64,000 nt of DNA, from the NCBI GenBank assembly GCA_004022145.1, contig RCNU01000002.1; one strand, written 5' to 3'. The first letter of the stretch is position 1, and each line of letters opens with the position of its first letter. The DNA comes from Paecilomyces variotii (Eukaryota). The notes under the pieces are model-generated. The model made no database searches. It worked only from the letters and a program-made list of their open reading frames with translations, and was not told the origin of the DNA. The position numbers were made by a program, and so were the translations under genes. Below, piece by piece: positions 28,663-40,073 of this stretch.

Positions 28663-30407
28663 ATGGATGTATCTCCCGCCATGGATACAGAAGCTCATTC
28701 CGGACAGGAGAATGATTTTGGACATTCACAGTGGGTTGAGATGGGCGGCTATAACCCTTCCCAACAAACATCCCCGATACCGGATTTCCACGGGTTTGGT
28801 TATGGACCTGCACCTATAATGCCAATGGAGCCTTCCTATAGCATGTCGATACCGCCGTCGTATGCATCACTGCCTTTGGCTATGCCTTCTCATCCATGGC
28901 CGAGTATGTTGACGGCGCACTCAAGTTTCCATGAGGGGGGGTTGCCACCGGCGCCGGCGCCGGCGCCAATCTCCATATCACCTCCAGCACCCATTCATCC
29001 TATACGCACAACATCCACCGGATCTACCCCTAGGAGGACACTCACGGATGAAGATCGTCGACGGATGTGCCTCTATCATGAGGAGAACAAAAATGCTAAG
29101 CAGACAGACATCGGAGGTGAGCTTCTTCTGCACTTGTATATGATCGAAAACGCTAATTAAAGGGAATGTAGCCTTGTTTGGGGTTGAAAGAAGGTAACCA
29201 AAATTCACTTTCTTTTTGATTTACTATATGAGAATAAAATCTGACATTCTGAAGTACTGTCTCCAAAGTTCTACGTCAGAAAGAGAAGTATCTCAACCCT
29301 GATGATGGATCTCGCTCTCCTATCAAGAGGGCTAAGGGCCGGGTTCCTGATATTGAAAAGGCCTTATCCAATTGGGCAAGGAACTATCAACGTCAAGGCT
29401 ATCCTTTAACGGATGCCATGATCAGGGAGAAAGCGCATTTCTTCGCGACCACTTGTGGTAGTCCTGACGGCAAGGAGAAAGTGCTCACTACAGCATGGCT
29501 CGAGAAGTTCAAACAGAAGAACAATCTACTGGGAGCAAAGTCACGGAAAGGTTCGATCGATACGGCAAGCGACATTGGAAGTCCTTCGCAGTTGAATACG
29601 AACTCGAGTACTGCTTCGGCTTCGCAAACCCCAAGTGGAGTATCACCGATATCCCCCGGTGGATTGACAACGCCGTCTCCAGTGTCTCCTCCAGCAAATC
29701 AGGATAGCCTGCGGAAAGACTCACTTCAAGGTTTTGATTTTGGCAACGACTACCGGCCCACGCACGCTCAGAGTACAACTTCCCTTGACACGGCGCCTTC
29801 CCTCACGGCCAGTATGGCAAGTCCGACATCTCCCTTTGTGTCTGACAGTCCGTACACTCCTACGTTGCAGAATGGACTCCCCTCTATTGGCAGTAATTCA
29901 AGCAGGCCACGAAGCCAGACATTCCCGCTTGCTGCTGCTATCGAACCGGGACTGCTCTCTCCAAACGGTTCAGCTGATCAACTTACACCGAAGAATGTCC
30001 TGCAGGAATCAATGTCTACCTCCGTTCTGGACTCGCCCCTTGATGATTCAGCTCTCGACTCCGACGAGCCAACTACGATCAAAAGAAACCACAGCAGTCC
30101 CGAAATCAAGACTCAGTTGATGCAGCCGCCCCCATTGCCAAAATCAAACACTACTTCTCCAATTAGCGCACCTTCTTCTCCCACTCAAGATGAGGCACGT
30201 CGCGCCTTGGAGCTTGTTATGAACTACTTTCAGAATCAGCCTTCAGGTCTAGGTGCACATGACTTCATGACGATTGGAAAGCTCATGGAGAAGTTGGAGC
30301 TCGCCCAGAATCAAGCCTCTATACTTCCTGGGGGGCTGCACCGTATCGACGAGCGTGAAGATGGGCTTCGCGTCAGCAAGAAACGGAGTATACACTCTTT
30401 GACTTAA
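28663..30407 (+). CDS. CENP-B-type HTH DNA-binding protein without DDE domain (domesticated pogo/Tc5-like HTH) (3 coding exons)
   Basis: RRTLTDEDRRRMC...KQTDIG/ALFGVER/STVSKVLRQKEKYL (first HTH) and PDIEKALSNW...LTDAMIREKAHFFA...WLEKFKQKNNL (CENP-B HTH). Introns 29117-29171 and 29194-29254; Ser/Pro-rich tail. Confidence 0.85.
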
Positions 30408-31770
30408 GATGTTACAGATGTCGTTTCAGGCTGTTCCCTCGCCGACCAGTCTTCCCTGCTATCCTATAATTCATAGGAAGCACGATTGTACTTTTCATTG
30501 TGTTGGTTGCACACGGGCTTCATTATCAAGTGTAACCTGTTTGCTCCAAGCAGATCTGAAGAAACGGATCAAGATGGCAAGATATACAACCATATGAGAG
30601 GGCAACCTCGCAGGCAGGAGTTATTTGGTTTTATTGTTACTTTCTTGCAGTGCAGTTCTCTGAGGAAAACAAGTGATCCTGAGCAACGCCGATTCCATTG
30701 GATCGTGCGCTTTGAATACACGCTCAGGCACTATGTCCATTCCCAACGCCTTTTCGAATCAGCGCCAGCCATCCCAAATCACGGCCTTTATGAGATTGAC
30801 AACCGACTCCTTCGAGGCATACAGCCGGAAAGTGTGCTGATCCTTGGATTTTGATGTGGACTGGACGCATACGTCTGCGTTTCTGTTTCTATACTAATCT
30901 GCTGTGTCCCATTTTGTTATCTATTCCCCCCCTTCTTTTCATGTTGACCATTGCCCGATTTTGTGATCCACCCCAACGTTTTGCATTGTGGTTCCATGTA
31001 CCGGGCACATTTTCCGGTATCTAATCTATTTCCTTACTTCCCATCATGTCACAGAATTGAATACTACACTCGATCCGCTCGCGCGGAAACAGCCTTTAGC
31101 ATAGGGTGCAGGCCCTTATATACCTTCACAGGCAGTGCGCATATATGTCACATTTTCCCTTTCACATACCCCATTTGTGTTTGTTCCGCACTTCATTTCT
31201 CTCTTAACTGTTATTTATCTATGATTATGTGTCTCATAGCATAATCTTTCAACCCGTACCTAGTCTTCTCTTGATAGCCTTCTTTTTCCCTGGATATTCC
31301 CCCTATAGTTCTGTTATGGCCGTCTTGCTTTCATGTGTGTTTTCTTCCACCTCTCTCTCCTGTGCTTCGATTTGTCTATTTATCACTTATTTTCTCTTTG
31401 GATCCTATGTATGATCATCATATCATTGACCTCGCGCATGCCGAATCCGACCCGGAAGTAGCAGACAACAGGAGGGATGAGATTCTCACATTAACTATAG
31501 CGACTGTATACATATACATATCGAGACTCAAGTTCCATTAGTTGCTCTTTCTGGTCTTCTGTTCGATATGATTGTACATGCCCAAACGCAACCAGGCTGG
31601 TGGAAGAGCAGGATTATCGGTTACAAAAAAGTCATGTATTACGGGAGGCAATCTGATTGATAATCGATGATTAGCATTTATTTATTACGTTTTTGTGCTT
31701 TGATATAATCCTATTTGTTTCCTGGGTACTTTTGAAACAAGAATAAGAGAGAACAAGGCGCGTATCTCAT

Positions 31771-34700
31771 CTACATGTGGTCTTCTTCATGGTTGGTGGA
31801 GAGAGTAACCCCTCTGTCTTCCATCAGCTCGGCGACATCGCGCTCCAGCAACTCAGGGAGGAGCTTAGCGAGTATTGCTTCGATTATTGAGAACATGAGA
31901 TGGCGATTGCAGTATGCGTTGGAAAAGGGATCTAAAATTTCGGTCTCGATGGCGGACAGGAGAAGGTCCTCTTCCACCTTGTCGATATTCTCAGCGGATA
32001 AGGGCAAGGCCCGTTCGGGGAAGGGATTTCCTCCCTCGGGTACCAGACCTTCATCCTGCTGTTTCTGAGGCTGCTCGACAACCGACGCACTGACTACATC
32101 ATCCCTGGATATGCAGAAGAACGCTCGAGCGACAGGCCGCGGGATCAGGGATAGGAGCCTCTCTGCACATTGCCGTTTGATGGCCGCAACTTCAGAGTCG
32201 GGACGCTGTCCTCGTTCCAATTGCGAGGGTGGTGTTGTAGTGAGCGTTGCGGCAGGGGCTTCTGCCTCGTTGTTCTCTACCACAATGGGTGGGATTTCAC
32301 TAATGTTCTGTGAAGTCGGAGTCGTGGACGGATTGACATTAGACGATGGAGTTGTGCGCGGACTCGTCGGGAACATAGCAGTCCGAATCGCAAGAACAAG
32401 GGTCGGCAGGAGGGAGGGCGTTAGCACATGCTCCCGGATTGTCTCGTGGAGGAATCTGCAAAAAGAAACAGTATCTGATCAGTCATAGGAGACGGCGGAG
32501 AAATTAAGACGAAAAGTGATATATCTCAGGGATAAACACGGTGCGCGTCAGTGACAAATAGTAGTGCAGTGGGCTTGTCTATATTTGGACACATTTCGAA
32601 GAAGTTGGAAGAAGCTGACGATAGGCGAGGCAAAGAAAAAAGAAGACGAAACAATCATGTCGAGTCTAAGGGACGCGGTCTCGAAGGCAAGGTTACATGG
32701 CCTTGGCTCATGGCTTGATAAGTCGTCCGGGTCCTGAAGATTCTTGTAGAATTCCTTCGGCCATAGACAGGGTACCGATTGAACACTGTAGAACACCGCA
32801 TCGCTCTAAAGGCGGTCGCGGGGGAGGCCGCAGCTTAGGCAGGATATCGAAAGAAAGACCACAGCGGTCGAGACGCAAATTTGAAATTTTGGCTGCAAGA
32901 AATTCCCTGATTGGCTCGAATAATAAGAGCCCATGGGGCACTATTGCTTGCATGTTCCAAAAGTAGCATGGGCGTCATGCGACCGGACCATGGGTGATCG
33001 CCCGTGCCGTGGCTGGCTTATGATCTAGGATCGGTGTTTGCGTCTCCCGCAAAAGATAGCAGGTACAGTGTTTGCGGGGTTCTGGCGAGGCATTCACCAA
33101 GATCATCCACCGTGGTGAAATGAGGTCGACTTTCGAGCAACGCGGGAGGGAAGGGCCGGTCCAGGATGCGTTTAACGGAAGATGCCTCACAGAGACGGTG
33201 CAAGCGAACCATAATCCGCGTGTTCAGGCCCTTTCAACGATATGGAAAGGCGCATGTCTTAGCTTTGGGTTTTGGCCTGGATCTCCTGCAGCCACTCTCG
33301 GGGGGAAGGACGGAAGCATCGAGGGGTCAAAGTCTAAGAAAGCCGAGAGGGAACGCCAAACCGGTGTTGCCCACGCTCCGAATGGCCCTAAATGGCCAGT
33401 CAAGGTAACGTATCGAGCGAGATGCCTAGGCAGCAGGGACGGGGCCGGATGAGCGACAGGGAAGACGGTCGGCGATCCGACAAGGGCCTTGTAACGCAGC
33501 GGTAATGAGACGATACAACCTGGTAACGACTTGTACGGACGAGGCGGCCGTTATCGACGGTGCAGATATCGAAGTCCCCGATATCGCGGAAAAAAGAGAA
33601 GCCTCAAGGTCCATCAGGGGCATAGACAAGCCACGGATACTCGTTATCCCAACCCGATATTGGCTGGGAGTCACCCACCATCAGATCAAGTGACCGCAGC
33701 ATCATGCGAGCAGACATGTCCGCGTCTTCTTGGCCTTCCAATGAGACATGCCAAACCCCTCAAGACAGCGGTCTGCGTAATGCCCCGGTGCGGATCATGG
33801 ATCGAAGATCGCTATCCCATGCACTCGATCACGTACATTTTCCTTAGATGGAGTGCCCCAGACCGTGACAGATGGTGGTGGATCATCCGGGTGATCGCAG
33901 CGGGCCGCGCCAACACGAGGAAAAGGGGGCCAGTGAAGAGCATTAAGTATAAAAGGAAATATTGAGCTTACCTATCAAGAACACCATCCGTATCCCCCAC
34001 TCGACCTGGGCCAGCCAGAATCCAGTGTTGAGCAAGTGCTAATGTTCCCGCGAGCCATGGCATGCGTCGGGGAATATCCAGCAATTGCGATAACATCCCG
34101 TAGAGCCGATAGTCGAGTACGGGACGCTTCGTGACGATTTTGGCCGGCAAGGGCGCTATTCTCGAATGGGTCGTCAGACTGGCAGGATGTGCCGGGGATG
34201 GAGGGCCCCGAACGGGCATCGTAGGCTGCGTGGATGCGACGCGGAAAAGTCCTGTAACCACGAATCGAAGGACGAGATATCCCAGATAGGCATATTGCAG
34301 GATCTGCCATAGCCAGATTGAGAATTGCGATTGGTTCGTCCTTGACGAATGATCGTCGTCGGATTCATCCGCGGTGGACAAAAGCCCAAACTTCTCCAGT
34401 CGGCTCTTCTCGACTCCTTCCGCGTCCTCACTATCTGCTTTGCCCACGCTTCGTTGTGTCGCTAGATCAAGGAGTTTGATTATCGTCTCCCAGACGAACC
34501 ACCCTTCACAAGCCCTCCCGCTGACTTCATTCCCAAGGACCAGATCGGCAAGGATATCACCGACCAATGTCCGTAAACAGACATTCTCCAGATCCTCTGT
34601 TGGAAGAAGGACCGCCAATGCACCCTGCACCAGCAGTTGCCGATATGCCGTCTCATTCTCAAGCTGCATCGTCCGTGCCTGTGGGTCCGAAGGGTCTGGA

Positions 34701-35392
34701 ACAGGAGAAAGCGCTGGATGTGGATTCATGGCATGATAGATGACGTGCAGAGACGAACGGGGCGCAGCCAGATCAGACTGATGCTTGGCTGTTCGGTACG
34801 CTGCACAGGAAAGGAGGCGTCAATACTTGAAACTTCGACGGGACATAAGTGAAAGGGAAGAGTCAGCCTCACAGACTATATGAGCCTCGACCAGACCAGG
34901 AATTTCATCCAACAGTAGTTCAGCAATGTCCACGCGTCGTAACCTCTGTTCCAGAGCACGAGTGCAATGAGCAATCAGCTGTAGGATTTCGTCGACAAAA
35001 GCACGGTCCGGCGTGATCTTGGCGTACCAGGAGTACACAAACTCCCTGATAATGATCGCTATGAGCGCGTATAACTGATGGTCGACATCATTGGAGCTGG
35101 TAAGTGGTGGGAGCAGCTCGTCGAGCGGTCGAGGAGTTGTAGCACCATAGCTGTTGGCTTGCGGACAAAGAATGCGCCGTATCAGGGCAACAGTAGCTCT
35201 ATCATCGGCCGGATCTGGCTGTTCAGAACAGGTCGGGGGTCTGCGCAGCCGGGCTCCTGATGATGGTCGTAGTAGCGGCTCAGTCTGAGCCCTTGAAGGT
35301 GCTGAGAGATTGGAGGCCTTGGAGGTTGACGTCGTTGGTCGGGCCTTGGGGTTCGACAGAGGGGGTAAGCTCGGGGTAGGATGACTGCTCAT
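31771..35392 (-). CDS. PXA + PXC(Nexin_C)-domain protein lacking PX/RGS, Nvj3/SNX-RGS-like (3 exons, with a 1516-nt intron 2)
   Basis: Exon 1 35392-34873 (IIREFVYSWYAKITPD, a PXA signature); exon 2 34800-33972 (YRQLLVQGALAVLLPTEDL); intron 33971-32456; exon 3 32455-31771 in frame (DR|FLHETIREHVLTP...FSNAYCNRHLMFSIIEAILAKLLPEL, PXC-like end). Confidence 0.85.
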
Positions 35393-35542
35393 TTCATCTC
35401 AGTCCACGCTTGAATGTGGGAAGTTGAACCAGGGCATCAATTGGCATTTTCTTCAGAAATGCAAATTCTGAAGAACCGATGTCGAGCATCGATGGCAGAG
35501 ATCAACACGTCGAGAGGTCCATCATCGAAGCTCCCCGGAAGT

Positions 35543-35661
35543 TGATAAGTGATGATAAGTCACTTTAACGGCTGCGGCTCTTCCGCTCCCCGGAGCCTTC
35601 CCCGAACAGGCATAGTAGGGCTTAGGGTTGGCGCTGTTATCGATAAGCCCCCCCCTTATCG
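35543..35661. promoter_or_regulatory. Cluster of GATAA sites in the divergent PXA/URH1 promoter
   Basis: TGATAA at 35543 and 35553, palindrome TTATCGATAA at 35637-35646, CTTATCG at 35655-35661. Confidence 0.5.
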
Positions 35662-35788
35662 CGCCATACTGCACCTCAAACCAGTCATCAAGTATAGTTA
35701 ACTATATCAACACTGCACAGGTCAAGTCCCCCCGGGAGCACAGGGTAGTAAGAGAAGATTCCCATTCATTCAATTACCTCTAGAAACC

Positions 35789-37250
35789 ATGTCTTCACTC
35801 ACAAACGAGGCTCCCATCCCTCTGTGGTTGGACTGTGATCCTGGTGAGCATAATCCCCTGACCGCGCACTGGTTGTTTAGGTAAATACTGATTTCCACTT
35901 CTCAGGACACGATGTGAGCCTTGCTATTTGATATAATACTTCACAATCAATGCAAAGCTGACAATATTTTTTCGATCCGAATTAGGATGCCTTTGCCATC
36001 CTCCTGGCCATCCATCACCCATCTCTGAAGCTTCTCGGAATCAGCACCGTTCACGGTAATGCATCGCTCCAGAACACGACCGCCAACGCAGGCAGCGTGC
36101 TCGAAGCCCTCGGAAGGCCAGATATTCCCATCTATCCAGGATCGAAGAAGCCCTATTCGAGACCCGCTGTTTATGCTCCCGATATTCACGGTAAGGCAAT
36201 CTTCCACATATCAATTATTGGCGAGTGATCCTGGTATAAATATTGAACACATTAACTCTCTAGGAAACACCGGTCTCGACGGCACCGACCTGCTGCCAAA
36301 AGCAACCGTGCCCCCAGTAACAGACAAGAATGCCATCCTGGCTATCCGTGATGCTATCCTAGCGGAGCCAAAGGGAACTCCATGGCTCGTTGCAACTGGA
36401 ACCTTGACGAACATCGGTTTATTGTTTGCAACCTTTCCAGAAGTCGCGGAGCATATTCAAGGTCTGAGTATCATGGGTGGAGCAGTTGGAAATGGATTCA
36501 CTGATGCTCCTATGAGTCGATTGCCTGGTGAAGAGGCACGCATTGGAAATACCACGCCATGGGCGGAGTTCAACACTTATGTGCGATTTCCTAATTTCCT
36601 TTTATCCAATCCTACCTTTCTAGAATACGTCGAAATTATATAGTATCCCCTCTGTTTAAAGCATCATATATTCGGCCTTCTAACATGCAAGTTTATAGTG
36701 TGACCCGGAATCCTCGCAATCGATCTTCTCCAACCCCATCCTCGCACCAAAGACAACTCTCATCGCCCTCGACTTAACTCACCAAGTCCTCGCCTCGCCC
36801 ACCGTCCAGTCCCGCATCCTGACCGGCACAGACGATCTCTCATCCGAACCGACCGTCCTCCGCCGCATCCTCCACGCCCTAGTTACCTTCTTTGCATCAA
36901 CCTACGAAACCGTCTTTGGTCTGGACGTCGGCCCACCGCTGCACGACCCCCTCGCCGTCGCAGTGATCCTTTCGAATCTGAACCCATCGTTCGCCAAAGC
37001 CCATCCAGACAAAGCGCTCAAGTTCAACGACAAGGGAGGAGAACGCTTCATCGTCAACGTCGTTACGGACGGCAAGCATGGGACAGACGTCTCGGTGACA
37101 GGACAGTTGGGGCGGACGGTCGTTGAGCCAGCTACGGGTGGTGGTGGAGTGGCTATCCCGCGCGGTGTTGATCTCGATGCATTCTGGAGCATGATCACTG
37201 ATTGTATCCAGCGCGCGGATGAGTGGAATGCTGCTCGTGGTAGGAAGTGA
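35789..37250 (+). CDS. URH1: Uridine nucleosidase / inosine-uridine preferring nucleoside hydrolase (5 exons)
   Basis: WLDCDPG/HD/DAFAI (the DxDxxxDD motif, split by an 8-nt exon), STVHGN, IHG, ATGTLTN, MGG, AEFN/CDPE and PPLHDPLAV. Confidence 0.93.
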
Positions 37251-37651
37251 GATATGTTATGTACCTGATAAGATGAGACGCGGTGAGGTGAATATCCGGA
37301 TGGTATTTGGGATATGCTACAGTCCTTTTATGGCCTTGGTTTTGGATATGTGAATAATGCCATTGCGTACTTAGACTTAGATTGCGTTGATGGTGGAAGT
37401 TAGATAGACTGTGCTGCATATTCGATGTGAATGGATGATATATGCACATTAACTCCATATCTATCGATAGGACATGTCCCACAGTTGGGGGACTATGAGG
37501 GTTTACTGCTCCTCTGCTAAGACGATGTTTGATACTTCTGTTCCAGAACTGCTTTATGCCTCGTTCTCATACCATCATTACTACGTTGATGTGGATTTAG
37601 CCCACCTGGCCCCAATAGCCTTTTGAGTCTTCATCGTACTCGTGAGAATGA

Positions 37652-38855
37652 TCACCATTCGCGGATACCGCCATCGGCACCATAGAACTCCTTAGGTTGC
37701 CAGGGCTGTGCGTCCTTGGCTACTCGCCGCACCATCTCCTCGTCCACTTCGATTCCAAGTCCGGGGGCGGTCAGCGCCTCGACGTAACCGTCCTTCACGT
37801 CGAACACCTTGGGGTCTTTAAGATAACTCGTGACATCGTATTCCGTATCGGTGTTGTAGTGAATACCTAAGCTCATCTCCTGGATGACAAAGTTGGGCGT
37901 GGAAAGGTCGACTTGCATGCAGGCCGCAAGGGCGATAGGGCCGAGAGGACAGTGCGGTGCAATGGCGACATCGTATGTCTCTGCCATCGCAGCGATGCGG
38001 CGCAGCTCGGAGATGCCACCACAATGGCTGATATCGGGTTGCAGGACATCAACGCTCCCATCCTCGAGGAACCGCTTCACATCCCAGCGGTTGTAAAGAC
38101 GCTCGCCCAGAGCAATTGGACAGCTGACAAGATTCGAGAGGTGTTTTATGCCTTCTGGGTGTTCAGACAAAAGAGGCTCTTCCAGGAATAGCGGATGGTG
38201 GGGTTCGAGGGCCTTTGCAAGTTGCTTGGCCATGGGCTTGTGCAGACGGCCGTGGAAATCTAGGGCGGCATCAAGACCGATTGACTTGACTCTCTTCAGA
38301 CGCTCGACACTGGATTCGAGCACGCTTGGGGAGTCCAGCCAATTGACGTCTTCAGTAGCATTCATCTTGACAGCCTTGAAGCCCTGCTCCAGTCTGGCTT
38401 TACCAGCCGCTTCCACGTCCGCGGGGCGGTCACCGCCAATCCAAGCATAGACAGAGATTTTGTTTCGGACTTTTCCTCCCAGCAACTGGTGAATTGGTAC
38501 ACCCAATCTTCGTCCCTTCAAATCCCAGAGTGCGATGTCAATGCCCGAGATGGCGGACATGAAGACCGGGCCGCCGCGATAGAAACCTAGACGCCAAGCT
38601 GTCTGCCAAATATGTTCGATGTCGCTGGAGATAGCAGTCAGTCAATTGCCGGTACGAGACCTTGTCGTAATGCACATACTCCGCTTCATATCCTTGGAAT
38701 CTCTTGGATAGTGCTGAAAGGGTCCCCTCGATAGCTTCCGTATGTCCTTCGAGAGTACTCTCGCCCCAGCCATACAGGCCATCTTCATCCGTCACTTTTA
38801 CGAACAGCCATCGTGGCAGCACTCGAAAGTACTCGATGCTCTGAATCTTGACCAT
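37652..38855 (-). CDS. Mandelate racemase/enolase superfamily dehydratase, D-galactonate dehydratase (DgoD)-like (2 exons)
   Basis: PRWLFVKV...GWGE, FYRGGP, SGIDIALWDLKGR, KAVKMN (KxK-type), LDFHGR, FLEEP, GERL, QPD and APHCPLGP; intron 38679-38625. Confidence 0.88.
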
Positions 38856-40073
38856 AGTGGAGAAAACGAGGGGCACCAGTGGGGGAAGCTTGGGGTTTTA
38901 GTTCGATCCTCAAGTCTTTGCGGGTGTCTTAAGACCTGTCGCGGTAATCGTGTCTTCAAAAAGGACCAGGTCTTCTTGACGACGAGAAAAAGAAGAAGAG
39001 AAATTGAAAGTTGCGATAGTCATAGTTATGAGGAGTTGCTGTTGAGTTAATCACCAAAACTGTCGGAGTTGGTCCGTCATGTAATACTGTACCAACCCCC
39101 ACGCAAAGTCGCAAACCAACTATCTTTCTCGAAAGCGGACCCATCCGGCACGGAGACACGGGGAAATAATAATATTAAATTTAGTGTCGACCTGGGATGG
39201 AGCAATGGAACAAGGCGGACCACCTGGAGAGAAGTGCAGAAGAGTTCTTCCACTAATGCATGTTTACTGCGAGGCCATTATTGTTCTCCGGGGAAAATAT
39301 TTCGTTTCGCAACCCTGCGGTCGGCCAGTATTCTTATATCAGTACCAGTGTAGTTGTATCAGAACAGGACTTTCCTGCTGTAAGAATAAATAGATGCTAT
39401 CTGTGAGCAGGTTAGTTGGATCCGGGTACTTATGGCCTCCCCCTGAGATAGAGACAGAATCAGGCAACTTAGGACCCCTGAGGAAACAGAAGCTTGACGG
39501 CATTCTGGAATATCACCAGAAAGAGCCATGACAGGTTGTACTAGTAGATCCTTAGCCTCATGACGGGTGAGAAAGATGAAACATCCTCGTCATTAGAGCG
39601 CCCAGGACGTCGCTGATGTCTCAAGTCGACGCCAAAAGGAAACATCGGGAGGTATTATTATTTCTTCTCGTCAGGACTGGACAAAAGACGAGCAGAACAA
39701 AGGAGAGTGAGACCCAGTAATAATTAAGGGCAGCTTGTGCAGCCTCAAGAAGCTGGTGTGTTTGTAACGCCCCGAGGCTCTGCGCTGGAATGCAGTCAGT
39801 CTATCTATCGTCTCCCCCCACTGCCTTGCCGGCAACCCGCTTTCGTCTCCAACTCGCCCCGGCCAAATCGCCTCCATCTCCAACGTTCAACTTCCAAAGC
39901 ATCGCAGACAATCTGGGTCATCGCCCGTACGTCCCTGATCTCTGTTGTCGCTCTGAACCCCCAATTAAAACTAAAACAAAACAACGTATGCGACTGCGTC
40001 TGGCCTCTGCGACCGTCGATCTCTGTATCTCGTAAGGCTGTGGCAGATGGAATCGTCCAGATAGACCGCCACC

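Noticed and set aside
28663-30407. Active pogo/Tc5 DNA transposon
   Set aside because: No DDE domain, TIRs or TA duplications seen; the gene has introns and a long low-complexity tail typical of a host regulator.
32515-32545. CTGAGATATATC in the long PXA intron, resembling the TPP riboswitch UGAGA element
   Set aside because: The downstream conserved aptamer half (CUUGAUC..GGAUAAU..CCAGCG) is absent in the required order.
33571-33580. GAAGTCCCCG resembling RNase MRP CR-I
   Set aside because: Imperfect match, no convincing downstream CR-V/P4 partner, and it sits in the loop of a local GATATCG hairpin.
32548-33965. Short ORFs (62-144 aa) within the long PXA intron as a nested gene
   Set aside because: Mostly non-ATG starts, and no motif, codon-bias or splice support visible.
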